Shown here in pieces: positions 1-9,281 of a stretch of 64,000 bases of DNA. Position 1 is the first letter of the stretch, and each line of letters opens with the position of its first letter. The stretch lies in IMG/VR virus record IMGVR_UViG_3300005613_000001, positions 248,001 through 312,000 of that record, one strand, 5' to 3'. The position numbers were made by a program, and so were the translations under genes. Under the pieces are notes generated by a model, which was not told where the DNA came from, searched no databases, and saw nothing but the letters and a program-made list of their open reading frames with translations.

Positions 1-163
1 GAATGGGTTCGTCATCATTTGACCGCATAACGGGGATTGGGGCCTCGGGTGAAATCCTTTTTACATCCACCTTGTAATACTCATCAATCATTAGGTCGCC
101 CAAAATGGCTATACGAGGCGATCTTAAACGGTTATCTGTAAGGTATTGTGCTATTATGCTCAT
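1..163 (-). CDS. rfaE: Heptose-7-phosphate kinase (HldE/RfaE, PfkB family) N-terminus, truncated by the window edge
   Basis: Hand translation MSIIAQYLTDNRLRSPRIAILGDLMIDEYYKVDVKRISPEAPIPVMRSNDDEPI...; GD-x-MID and RISPEAP-x-PV match the HldE N-terminal signature; not in the ORF track. Confidence 0.75.
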   Translation of the reverse strand, partial: MSIIAQYLTDNRLRSPRIAILGDLMIDEYYKVDVKRISPEAPIPVMRSNDDEPI

Positions 164-239
164 AACATAATGAGAGTAAAATCATACAATATTAAATATA
201 AATAAGGCAAAGGACATTCCGTAAATACAAGGTGGTATT

Positions 240-935
240 ATGATACACAATCAGAGAATTTATCAAATAATAATTCGAGGAGAAAGAAACACAGGAACAC
301 ACTGGTTGCATTCCCTATGCCGAGAGAATATTAAGAACGTGAAAATAGGCAATAAGGCATACTTATGGAAGCACGGATTTTTTCTAGGAAAAGAACCTAA
401 AAAAACAACACATTTAATTTTAGTGATTACAAAAGATGTATATGCATGGGTTTATTCATTGTATAAGCGCCCATATCATGTGAAAAGAACTTCAAATTTA
501 AATCACTTCATAAGAAGGCCATACCAATCATTCTGCACTACTAAATGGTTCGTCAAACACATGAAGCAAACTATGTATAAGGAGTTAACCTTTGAGAAAA
601 AACCAAATGGTAAATTATACGAAAACATCATACAACTAAGAAATGCAAAACATCGCCAATGGCTATCATTAAGAGGAGAGAGAAAAGTTGAATTTATAAA
701 ATACGAAGACCTATTTGCAACTCCTGAGAAAGTTATTGATACAATATGTCAAAAATACAAGTTACAGACCAAAAGATTCACAAACAAAATGGGTTGGCGA
801 AGTCAGTGGTCATCTCCTAAAACATATAAAGAAAATGATCCCAAAGCTCGCTTTAATAAAAAACAAATCCAATTTATAGCCGCTGAAAATGATTGGGAAA
901 CAGAGGCTCTCATAGATCAAATCGCCATTAAATAA
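240..935 (+). CDS. Sulfotransferase-like protein
   Basis: N-terminal GERNTGTHWL (5'-PSB-like loop), KDVYAW...SL, IKYEDL; TAAATA at 222-227. Confidence 0.55.
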   Translation: MIHNQRIYQIIIRGERNTGTHWLHSLCRENIKNVKIGNKAYLWKHGFFLGKEPKKTTHLILVITKDVYAWVYSLYKRPYHVKRTSNLNHFIRRPYQSFCTTKWFVKHMKQTMYKELTFEKKPNGKLYENIIQLRNAKHRQWLSLRGERKVEFIKYEDLFATPEKVIDTICQKYKLQTKRFTNKMGWRSQWSSPKTYKENDPKARFNKKQIQFIAAENDWETEALIDQIAIK

Positions 936-936
936 C

Positions 937-1722
937 CTACATAGTTATCTTGGGTAAATCTTCCATTCCTAACGCATATCGGAAAGCGCTAGATATCATA
1001 AAATTACTATTAAGCCAATCATTTGGAGTGAATTGGAAACAATGTCTTGGAGCATCTTTCTTAAAATGCGATCCAAAACAAATAGCCCAGATAACAGGCG
1101 CGGGGAATTTCTTTCTGATGAACTTAGACCAATGTTTATTAGAAAGAAATGCAGCAGCAGCCTCACTTATGGGACATGGACGCTGATAGTGTAACCCATA
1201 AACATCACCAGATACCCTGCTTTTATTTAACATTACGGCCCCAATAGCGTGCCAACTAGGAACCTTAAATTTAGTTTTTTTTAATAGCTTATATTGCTTA
1301 CGTAAGTATCTTTTTAATGTTGGACTATTAGGCTTTGCAATCATTAAATTTACAGATAGCCACTTTGTTGTCCCTGGCGAAAGCTCATCAGCCATAAATG
1401 TGGCCTTAGATTTCTCAAGACGATCAGTTAAAAGAGATAAATTATTCAAACAAATTACATCTACATCTACAAAAACCCCGCCATATTTAGTCAGAATTCT
1501 TGGCTTAACATAATCTGTCTTGTGTGCCCATTTCCTAATTTTCTCCCAATTTTCCGTCAAATCCGGCAAATACTCTCTGATGTTTTTGCTGTTTAATAAA
1601 TGAAAATCAAAGTCTTGAGAATTATGAAGCAGTGTTTTGAGTCCCAACTCACAAAGCGGGGGCATAGGGGGTCCATCCCAAAAACACCAAAGATTTTTTA
1701 GTTTGGGTTCAACTTCTTGCAT
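937..1722 (-). CDS. Glycosyltransferase, GT32/capsular polysaccharide synthesis type
   Basis: LWCFWDG, KTDYVKPRILTKYGGVFVDVD (DxD motif). Confidence 0.75.
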   Translation of the reverse strand: MQEVEPKLKNLWCFWDGPPMPPLCELGLKTLLHNSQDFDFHLLNSKNIREYLPDLTENWEKIRKWAHKTDYVKPRILTKYGGVFVDVDVICLNNLSLLTDRLEKSKATFMADELSPGTTKWLSVNLMIAKPNSPTLKRYLRKQYKLLKKTKFKVPSWHAIGAVMLNKSRVSGDVYGLHYQRPCPISEAAAAFLSNKHWSKFIRKKFPAPVIWAICFGSHFKKDAPRHCFQFTPNDWLNSNFMISSAFRYALGMEDLPKITM

Positions 1723-1734
1723 AATCTATATATA

Positions 1735-2793
1735 TCAACCATAAACCGTATTATGCGTCCGGTTAACCCTTACAAACGTGGTACATTTAGATAGATCTCT
1801 TAATTTATCAGTACCTACATAGGCGCAAGCTGATCTCAAGCCTCCTGTAATTTCCTGTATGATATTCCTAACTGTCCCTTTATATGGCACAGTGACGCAT
1901 TTCCCTTCTGCTGCACGGTACTTCTTTAGCCCGCCTGAATATTTCTCATTTGCCCTCTTGGAAGACATGCCATAGAAAACTAATTCTCTACGACTATGTT
2001 CATATTCAGTTCGCACACCATCTTTATCCAACCAATCTCCCTCACATTCGGCTGTCCCTGCTAACATTCCACCCAGCATCACAAAATCTGCTCCCGCTGC
2101 AAATGCCTTCACTACGTCACTGGGCTCTCTACACCCTCCATCTGCGCATATGTGCCCACCATGCCCATGAGCAGCATCGGCACATTCAATAATAGCACTC
2201 AATTGTGGGTAGCCAACACCCGTCACACGCCTCGTTGTACAAACACTTCCTGGCCCTATGCCTACCTTAACAATGTCTGCCGCCCCAGAAATTAACAATT
2301 CAGAAACCATCTCGGGAGTACAAACATTCCCCGCCATAATTACTGCATCGCTGCCAACAGCCTCTCTAAGTCTTTTTGCTCTATCTTGGAAAAATTCCGT
2401 ATAGCCATTGGCCGCGTCCATGCAAAAATATTTAATTGGATAACAATTACCCATTACAGCCCTAACATCAGAGAGTTTGGCAAAATCTTCATCCTTGATG
2501 CCCATTGTGTAAAACATTGCTTGCTGGTCAAAGTGCTCTGCCAAAGATTCGAACTCATAATGCTTATGCAAACAAGTTAACATCCCTTCAGATGATAATG
2601 CCTCGGCCATCGCAAAAGTGCCAGTAGAATCCATGTTCGCCGCAATAATGGGAACGCCCGTCCATGTCGCAGTGGAATTCAAAAACTTGTAAGTCTTTGT
2701 CAAATCTACCTTTGAACGACTCACTGTTTTAGATCGCTTCGGACGAATTAGAACATCCTGAAAATCCAACTTGATATCATTAATAATTTGCAT
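1735..2793 (-). CDS. guaC: GMP reductase
   Basis: KLDFQDVLIRPKRS, ANMD, DAANGY, KVGIGPGSVCTTR, ADGG, FYGMSS, GGLRSACAYVG. Confidence 0.95.
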   Translation of the reverse strand: MQIINDIKLDFQDVLIRPKRSKTVSRSKVDLTKTYKFLNSTATWTGVPIIAANMDSTGTFAMAEALSSEGMLTCLHKHYEFESLAEHFDQQAMFYTMGIKDEDFAKLSDVRAVMGNCYPIKYFCMDAANGYTEFFQDRAKRLREAVGSDAVIMAGNVCTPEMVSELLISGAADIVKVGIGPGSVCTTRRVTGVGYPQLSAIIECADAAHGHGGHICADGGCREPSDVVKAFAAGADFVMLGGMLAGTAECEGDWLDKDGVRTEYEHSRRELVFYGMSSKRANEKYSGGLKKYRAAEGKCVTVPYKGTVRNIIQEITGGLRSACAYVGTDKLRDLSKCTTFVRVNRTHNTVYG

Positions 2794-2836
2794 TATAATT
2801 CCTCTATTAAAGACAAATTAACATACTTGGGCATAC

Positions 2837-4249
2837 TTGTCAATGATAGATGTAGCACTAGCCACCAAAAATCGCACCGAACAATTCAAAAGCACTGTCA
2901 TTAACCTAAATGAGCAAGCTGTTGCTCATAAAATATTTCTATACGTTCTAGATGGAAATAATAACAATGAAATATCAGATTTTATAAAATCTAAACAGTG
3001 GAACTTTGCCAAAATACAAATCAATCAAGATCAACAAATCTTTCCCGATACAAAAGATTTAAACTGGCCTAAACTCTATAACTGGATAATCAATCAAGGC
3101 AACTCTCCATATGTCACATATTGGAGCGATGATATCATTGCAGACAAAGACTGCCTTAAACTTGCCCGTGAAAAATTAGAATCTAATGAAAAATATGGGG
3201 CGGTTGTTTTCGGAGGCTACAAAGACAGCCGATGGGAAAAAATAGGCCATCTAACTACGCCTCTGCAAACAATCCCATGCATCAATTATGGGCTTATCAA
3301 AAGAAAAGCGTTTGTAGACATTGATGATAAATACCAATTCTATCATGCAGATAGCGACCTGTCCCTTAAAATACTCTCCGAAGGATGGACAATCTACGTT
3401 GAAAATAAATGCAAAATAGATCACAAACGAGGCGAATGGGAAAACCCAGCCTCATTAGAAGAAGGCCAAAAGAAAGACAGGCAACGCTTTCTCGGCAAAT
3501 GGGCCAATTACTTTCCTGAGCATCTTTTTGAGTATCTAGATGACCCCTCAGACGCAGATGAATACCTCGCTAAAATCAAATTAGGACACGAAAGGATGTA
3601 TAACAGCAAAGCGGTTATTTGCACAATATTAAAACATCGTGATCCAATATTATTTAAACGCCTAGACAATTTAGCTAAGCTATTTAAATCTGCTCAAGTT
3701 ATTGTGGTGACAAAAGATTTTTACCTGGAAAGAAGGATAAAATTAGAAGGTTATGACTTCCAGGTTTTTTGTGCTAGAGAAAGCCTCGCAAATATGAGAA
3801 ATATCTACATGAGCGCCATGGAATTGCTAACTCCTAAACCTCAATATTGTCTTGTGGTAAACCCAGAAGTCTGCATCAGTCAAAACGGAATAGCACATAC
3901 AATTGGAAGCGGAGGGTGGCACGCTGTTGGTTCTAACTCTAGACTTCTAGGTAATTCAAATGAATTTTATTTCAGAGGGCCTAGCACCTATACAGATAAT
4001 ACAGGGGGGCGTATGAAAAAACATGATGCATGGATTGAAGACACACATCAAAAAACACCACAAAGAACAAAAAGACTGATTCCAGCCGCAAACTGCTTTG
4101 GAGACTTAATTATTTATAAATACTCTGCCATTGAAGGGTTGCGATATAACAAAGATGGTCACACAGGGTTTAACAAAATGATGAAAAGCCGAGGGTATAG
4201 AAGTATTAAAGTGAATCCAAATCAATTTACATTCAACTGGTACAAGTAA
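2837..4249 (+). CDS. Two-domain glycosyltransferase (GT2-like N-terminus plus second GT-A-like domain)
   Basis: YWSDD, FYHADSDLSLK in N-half; LANMRNIY and ANCFGDLIIYK in C-half. Confidence 0.6.
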   Translation: MSMIDVALATKNRTEQFKSTVINLNEQAVAHKIFLYVLDGNNNNEISDFIKSKQWNFAKIQINQDQQIFPDTKDLNWPKLYNWIINQGNSPYVTYWSDDIIADKDCLKLAREKLESNEKYGAVVFGGYKDSRWEKIGHLTTPLQTIPCINYGLIKRKAFVDIDDKYQFYHADSDLSLKILSEGWTIYVENKCKIDHKRGEWENPASLEEGQKKDRQRFLGKWANYFPEHLFEYLDDPSDADEYLAKIKLGHERMYNSKAVICTILKHRDPILFKRLDNLAKLFKSAQVIVVTKDFYLERRIKLEGYDFQVFCARESLANMRNIYMSAMELLTPKPQYCLVVNPEVCISQNGIAHTIGSGGWHAVGSNSRLLGNSNEFYFRGPSTYTDNTGGRMKKHDAWIEDTHQKTPQRTKRLIPAANCFGDLIIYKYSAIEGLRYNKDGHTGFNKMMKSRGYRSIKVNPNQFTFNWYK

Positions 4250-4736
4250 ACTCAATCACATCAAATCCATCACACGCCTCAATTAATTTAGATTTCCATT
4301 CATCCCCCAATTGAGGAAAGAATACATCCCCTTTATGTTTCCCCTTCACTTTGCTGACAATGATCTTATCTACTAAGCCCTCTTTGAGAGCCGAAGCGTA
4401 GATTTGTCCTCCTCCAATAATGAAGATTTCCCTATCGGGCATATTATCCTCAGCATATTGGATAGCGGATTGAAGATTAGAGCAAACAAAAGGTGCGCCT
4501 CTCTCTAGTTGCGACTTCAACCATGAAACATCTACCATTCTTGTCGAAACAATTATATTTTGACGATTGGGTAGGGGCCTTACGGGCAGGGATTGCCAAG
4601 TTCCCCGACCCATAATGACCACTTGCCCAACAGTCAATTCCTTAAAACGTTTTAAGTCGTGAGGAAGATACCAAGGTATTCTTCCATCACAACCTATTAC
4701 ATAATCTTCGTCATGTGCTACTAGAATCGTCTTCAC
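4233..4736 (-). CDS. folA: Dihydrofolate reductase (start moved to GTG at 4736)
   Basis: VAHDEDYVIG..GRIPW..PHDLKRFK, VIMGRGTW.SLP.RPLPNR.NI, FIIGGGQIY, GDVFFP. Confidence 0.93.
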   Translation of the reverse strand: MKTILVAHDEDYVIGCDGRIPWYLPHDLKRFKELTVGQVVIMGRGTWQSLPVRPLPNRQNIIVSTRMVDVSWLKSQLERGAPFVCSNLQSAIQYAEDNMPDREIFIIGGGQIYASALKEGLVDKIIVSKVKGKHKGDVFFPQLGDEWKSKLIEACDGFDVIEFTCTS

Positions 4737-4860
4737 AGCATTTCTTCTTTTCTGGACAGGTACATTCTTCCTCAGGGACACAATCCGTCTTCTCTGGCTC
4801 TGGGCACTTATCTGTTTGCTCGCAGCACTGATCGTCTTTCTTCTCAGGACAACAACTCAT
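4711..4860 (-). CDS. 49-aa Cys-rich, metallothionein-like peptide
   Basis: Hand translation MSCCPEKKDDQCCEQTDKCPEPEKTDCVPEEECTCPEKKKCCEDDSSST (10 Cys); GGAGG 5 nt upstream of ATG; fills the thyA-folA gap. Confidence 0.7.
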   Translation of the reverse strand: MSCCPEKKDDQCCEQTDKCPEPEKTDCVPEEECTCPEKKKCCEDDSSST

Positions 4861-4870
4861 ATTAGCCTCC

Positions 4871-5797
4871 TTAAACGGCTACAGGGATTTTAATGACAGG
4901 TTGGGGGTTATAATCTGTTATCTTAAAATTATCCATCGTATAGGAATCAATATCCGAGGCGGGTTCTACTTCTAATTTTGGACAATCCACTTTAGGTCTT
5001 GAGAGGTATTCTTCTACCGCCTCAATTTGATCTACATAAATATGTGAATCTATTGTATGGTGAACAAATTCATATGGTTTATATCCAGTTTGTTGAGAAA
5101 GCATATGAATAAGTGCCGAATAAAAACAAATGTTATATGGAACACCTACAGGGAAATCACAGCTTCTTTGTGTAAGAACACCACTTAATTTATCTTCATG
5201 CACAAACACTTGGAACGTGTAGTGGCAGGGTGCTAATCTCATCATATCAATTTGCTTAGGATTCCACAGGGAGAATAAATTGCGGCGACTGTTGGGATTG
5301 GTTTTTAATTGTTCTATCATCCAAGCAAGTTGATCGAAGCCACCCAAGCCATAAGTTTTGTATTCATAAGTTTGTTCCATTTCAAGTTTCAATCCAATAC
5401 AATAATCTCTAGGAGAATTTCTTGAGCCTCCAATCCCATTACCATAGTCTCCACCAAAATGCCTCAATTGAAATCCATAAACCGGACCTAATGAGGCGGG
5501 GGCATAACCGTGTTTCTTTTCAAACTCTTCATCTACCCACGGAGTCCAGAAATCCGCCCCTAATTTTTTAAGGTCATTATTATTGGTAGAGCCACTTATG
5601 AACCAGAGCAATTCTGCAAACACTGCCTTGGGCCATATTTTGCGACGGGTAAGCAAAGGAAAGTATTTGTCTATTTTATAGCGAGATTGGATGCAAAATA
5701 CAGCAAGGGAATCTACACCCGTTCTATTCTCTTTTTTAACGCCCTCATTCAAAATGAGTTCTAGGGCTGCATCATAATCATCAAGCAGGTAGGTCAT
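4871..5797 (-). CDS. thyA: Thymidylate synthase
   Basis: RTGV, FPLLT, ELLWFISG, LGPVYGFQLR, SRR...WNP, LAPCH, QRSCDFPVGVPYN, DSHIY. Confidence 0.96.
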   Translation of the reverse strand: MTYLLDDYDAALELILNEGVKKENRTGVDSLAVFCIQSRYKIDKYFPLLTRRKIWPKAVFAELLWFISGSTNNNDLKKLGADFWTPWVDEEFEKKHGYAPASLGPVYGFQLRHFGGDYGNGIGGSRNSPRDYCIGLKLEMEQTYEYKTYGLGGFDQLAWMIEQLKTNPNSRRNLFSLWNPKQIDMMRLAPCHYTFQVFVHEDKLSGVLTQRSCDFPVGVPYNICFYSALIHMLSQQTGYKPYEFVHHTIDSHIYVDQIEAVEEYLSRPKVDCPKLEVEPASDIDSYTMDNFKITDYNPQPVIKIPVAV

Positions 5798-6117
5798 ACG
5801 TATTGCTTACATTCGCTAAAGGGCAATATTTCTACAAAGTGGTATGGCACAGTAGAATCATCATCATATTCTTCCGGTTTTCCCTCAATCTTATACACGG
5901 CCATGCGGGCATCATCGGGGGTGTGTTTTATTTTCCAAAGATCCATCACCTTTTGACCTAATGTTTTATCTTCTTGATCTTCAGTCAATTTTGCAATATG
6001 CATCTTCGGAGGGAGGGGAGAACTAAGGGATACAACCGAACTGGTCAACCCGTCTAGCGGACCACCATAATGAATTGTGTCAAATTCGTAGCCGTATCCA
6101 TCAATATCAATTTTCAT
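5794..6117 (-). CDS. Hypothetical protein
   Basis: ORF overlaps thyA start (ATGA); contains GGPLDG motif common in small phage proteins. Confidence 0.6.
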   Translation of the reverse strand: MKIDIDGYGYEFDTIHYGGPLDGLTSSVVSLSSPLPPKMHIAKLTEDQEDKTLGQKVMDLWKIKHTPDDARMAVYKIEGKPEEYDDDSTVPYHFVEILPFSECKQYV

Positions 6118-6120
6118 TTA

Positions 6121-6166
6121 GGACGGCGACCAGGATTCGAACCTGTTAGCCCAAACGCTCACCGTC
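6121..6166 (-). ncRNA. tRNA-like minihelix (acceptor stem plus T arm, no D or anticodon arm)
   Basis: GACGGTGA pairs with TCGCCGTC (8 bp, one GU); CAGG-TTCGAAT-CCTG T arm; 13-nt connector. Confidence 0.45.
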
Positions 6167-6308
6167 AAAGGCGGAATTTTATCGAAGTAGAGCCGGAGGT
6201 AATCATTAATCTCTAACATTAAAATTCTTCACCATGCTGTCATATATCCGGGTACAAACAGTTGGAAATTCCGCAAACCATCGGCGTTGTAGCGCCTGCA
6301 TTAACAAT

Positions 6309-6337
6309 AATATAGATATATTGCGGTTAAAAGTCAA
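6309..6337 (-). promoter_or_regulatory. sigma70-like promoter for the hypothetical-thyA-folA-guaC region
   Basis: TTGACT-N17-TATATT. Confidence 0.5.
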
Positions 6338-7320
6338 CAAGATAAAACAGACTCTAAAATTGAATCGCTTAACACCCTTAATTCGGGGTGACACGGAAAG
6401 CATATTATTCGGTTATAGATGTCATTCGCCACCGAAGAATCATCTATTGGCTGATAATACCTGTGTAATTTAATATAGGCATTATCTAAAGAAGGTGGGC
6501 AATTGCTTAACAAGGGCACGCAATGTGGAATGTGCTTTATCTTACGAGTGATTAGGGGAGTTTTCCCAAACTTAACCCCTATTCTCACAACTCTTTCATA
6601 TTGCTCTATGTAATCTCGTCGCATTTGATCTACAGTAGCCAATCTCTGCAAAATAAAAGAGGCGGCGGGGTCGGACATCTTGCCATTAAAGGCAGTATTT
6701 TTTATAGATTGCGTCTTCCACTTACCAAAATTAATAATAGCTCTAAACAATTCATAATACTTCTTCTCTATAACAGCACAGCCTCCTTCTCCAAACCCCC
6801 AAGGCTTCGTGTGATGAAGACTAATAACTTCATTAACATCATGATCCGGCAAGGCGTCAAACGCAGAGCATGAATCACAAATTACAATCTTGCCTTTTTT
6901 TTTGTATTTCTTTACCGAATCCACTACACCAAATGGATTTGTAATCAAAATAGCGTCATACTCATCGTCACCAATTAAATCAAGATTTATCATCCCTTTT
7001 TGATCGCAGTCAATTACCTTTGCTTTTTTTAAAGGGCCTTGCTTTGCACAATGAAAATTGAAACTTGAGACTACCCAACGTAATTCTTTCCCTGCTAGGT
7101 GGTTATGCATTTCAACAAGGGCAAAAAGCGCCAAAGTACCACTCGCACAAGCAACCACAGCACTCTTGTCTTGATTAATATTTAAAATATCAGCTAATCT
7201 TTCCTCCAATAGTATAGACACGGGGCCAAAGTTGGTCCAATGATTAGATAATACACTCCGGTTGAGTGTATTTTCTATAAAATCCCAATTTACAGGCTTG
7301 TTTTCTACGAAAGAAATCAT
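6334..7320 (-). CDS. DegT/DnrJ/EryC1/StrS family PLP aminotransferase
   Basis: TNFGP, ASGTLAL, VICDSCSAF, SLHHTKPWGFGEGG, NGKMSD, FPCHP. Confidence 0.85.
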   Translation of the reverse strand: MISFVENKPVNWDFIENTLNRSVLSNHWTNFGPVSILLEERLADILNINQDKSAVVACASGTLALFALVEMHNHLAGKELRWVVSSFNFHCAKQGPLKKAKVIDCDQKGMINLDLIGDDEYDAILITNPFGVVDSVKKYKKKGKIVICDSCSAFDALPDHDVNEVISLHHTKPWGFGEGGCAVIEKKYYELFRAIINFGKWKTQSIKNTAFNGKMSDPAASFILQRLATVDQMRRDYIEQYERVVRIGVKFGKTPLITRKIKHIPHCVPLLSNCPPSLDNAYIKLHRYYQPIDDSSVANDIYNRIICFPCHPELRVLSDSILESVLSC

Positions 7321-8556
7321 ATGGATAAAATTGCTGTTTTCCCTTGCGGATCAGAAATCGGACTGGAAATTGCTAGATCTTTTCAGGGGATTAAAAATGT
7401 AAAACTTGTTGGCATCTCCTCAGTACCTAATCATGGTAAATTTATATACAATGATTATATTGAAATTGATGGTTCAGTAGACGACCCTAATTTCATCTCT
7501 CAATTCTCTAACCTTATCAGAGAAAACGATATAGATTTTATTTTCCCTGCCCACGATGATGTCGTTTTATCATTTGCACAACATTTTGACACAAAAACCA
7601 TAGGCTCGCCCCATAAAACGTGTTTGATTACTCGCTATAAAAGCCAAACATATCGACACTTTAACAAAATCATAAGAACCCCCAAATATTGCGATATGAA
7701 CTATCCGCTTTTTATAAAACCAGATAAAGGGCAAGGCTCAAAAGGGTGTCACATCGTTAGAAACGCTAAAGAACTAAAATTCTATTTAACTCCCGAAGTG
7801 CTCGCATTGGAATATTTACCAGGAGAAGAATACACCGTAGAATGTTTCACGGATTATAAAGGACAACTCTTATACTGCGCCCCGAGACAAAGAAGAAGAA
7901 TAAGCAATGGCATCAGTGTGAATACAAACAATGTTTCTTTGTCGCCTGATATAGAAGCTATGGCAAATGCTATTAATGATAATTTAACATTAAACGGGGC
8001 ATGGTTTTTTCAAGCTAAATACAGTAGAACTGATGAATTGACTCTAATGGAGATCGCCCCAAGGATCGGAGGTTCTTCAGGATTAAGCAGAATCAAAGGA
8101 GTAAATCTTCCTGTCTTAAGTTATTTCAATCATCTAAAACAACCCGTGACCGTAGCCCCTAATGAATTTAATGTAGAACTAGACAGGGCTTGGAGTAATA
8201 AATATAAATTAAATATTGATTATAGCCACCTGTATGTTGATTTTGATGATTGCTTATACATAGATGGCAAAATAAACAGTGACCTAATTAAGCTTATCGT
8301 GCAATGCCGTAATGAAGGTAAATCAATTCACCTATTAAGCAAACATAGCGGGAATTTACATGAAATCTTACTTAAACTAAAAATAAAAGACTTATTTGAC
8401 ACAGTAGTACAGATGCCCAAGCATACTAAAAAATCATATTACATAAACCGTACTAATTCAATATTTATAGATGACTCATTTGAAGAGCGACAAGATGTAT
8501 ATAAAATCATTAGAATTCCAGTATTTGCACCGGATGCCATAGAGGGTTTATTATGA
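7321..8556 (+). CDS. ATP-grasp protein with C-terminal HAD-like domain
   Basis: VFPCGSEIGLEI, FIKPDKGQGSKG, EYLPGEEYTV, LMEIAPRIGG; HAD-like YVDFDDCL and FIDDSFEER. Confidence 0.8.
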   Translation: MDKIAVFPCGSEIGLEIARSFQGIKNVKLVGISSVPNHGKFIYNDYIEIDGSVDDPNFISQFSNLIRENDIDFIFPAHDDVVLSFAQHFDTKTIGSPHKTCLITRYKSQTYRHFNKIIRTPKYCDMNYPLFIKPDKGQGSKGCHIVRNAKELKFYLTPEVLALEYLPGEEYTVECFTDYKGQLLYCAPRQRRRISNGISVNTNNVSLSPDIEAMANAINDNLTLNGAWFFQAKYSRTDELTLMEIAPRIGGSSGLSRIKGVNLPVLSYFNHLKQPVTVAPNEFNVELDRAWSNKYKLNIDYSHLYVDFDDCLYIDGKINSDLIKLIVQCRNEGKSIHLLSKHSGNLHEILLKLKIKDLFDTVVQMPKHTKKSYYINRTNSIFIDDSFEERQDVYKIIRIPVFAPDAIEGLL

Positions 8557-9281
8557 ATGAAAAAGAATTTTTAGATTCAGTAAGCAAAACATACAAAATG
8601 GAAGGCTCCCCCTATAATCAAGGCAAAAGATCAATAGCCATAGGAGTTTTTAGTGAATTCATCAAACCAGGAGGAACAGCACTAGAATTAGGATGTGCTG
8701 ATGGATATGAGACTTCATTAATCTCAAAACTAGTCTCCAAATTAGATGTAATAGATGGTTCTATACAATTCATAGAAGATTGTATGTTAAAATGCCCAGA
8801 GGCCAATTTTGTGCATGACCTATTCGAAAATTACTCTTCAAAACAAAAATACGATTACATCTTTGCCTCTTACGTGCTTGAACACGTAGCAGATGTGTCT
8901 CCTGTATTAAATATGATAAAAAGCCACCTGAAACCGGGTGGTCTATTTTTTACAGTCGTACCCAATGCTAATTCATTTTCCAGACAATTAGCAGTCAATA
9001 TGGGCCTAATCAAAGACTTGAAAGGTTTAACAGAAAACGACATTAATCACGGGCATAGAAGGGTATATGATTCATTATCTTTATGTAGAGATTTAAAAGA
9101 CGGTGGATTTACAATAATAGATAGAGGCGGAATACTTTTTAAATTGCTTGCAGACTTTCAAATGGATGAAATGCTGAATTCAAAAATAATCACAGACCAA
9201 CATTTGCAAGGGTTATTTAAAATGGGTGTGCTTTATCCTAGTTTGTGTGATTCAATATATGCCATATGTAAAATCATATGA
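8553..9281 (+). CDS. Class I SAM-dependent methyltransferase
   Basis: ALELGCADG, YVLEHV, LKPGG.....VPNA, GHRRVYD. Confidence 0.85.
   Translation: MNEKEFLDSVSKTYKMEGSPYNQGKRSIAIGVFSEFIKPGGTALELGCADGYETSLISKLVSKLDVIDGSIQFIEDCMLKCPEANFVHDLFENYSSKQKYDYIFASYVLEHVADVSPVLNMIKSHLKPGGLFFTVVPNANSFSRQLAVNMGLIKDLKGLTENDINHGHRRVYDSLSLCRDLKDGGFTIIDRGGILFKLLADFQMDEMLNSKIITDQHLQGLFKMGVLYPSLCDSIYAICKII

Noticed and set aside
6121-6180. Complete tRNA (Gln/Lys) or attP at this site
   Set aside because: No valid D arm or anticodon stem could be built; no integrase in the window; kept only as a minihelix
6206-6473. ORFs 6206-6403 (-) and 6234-6473 (+)
   Set aside because: They overlap the DegT 3' end and a promoter, have weak starts and no motifs
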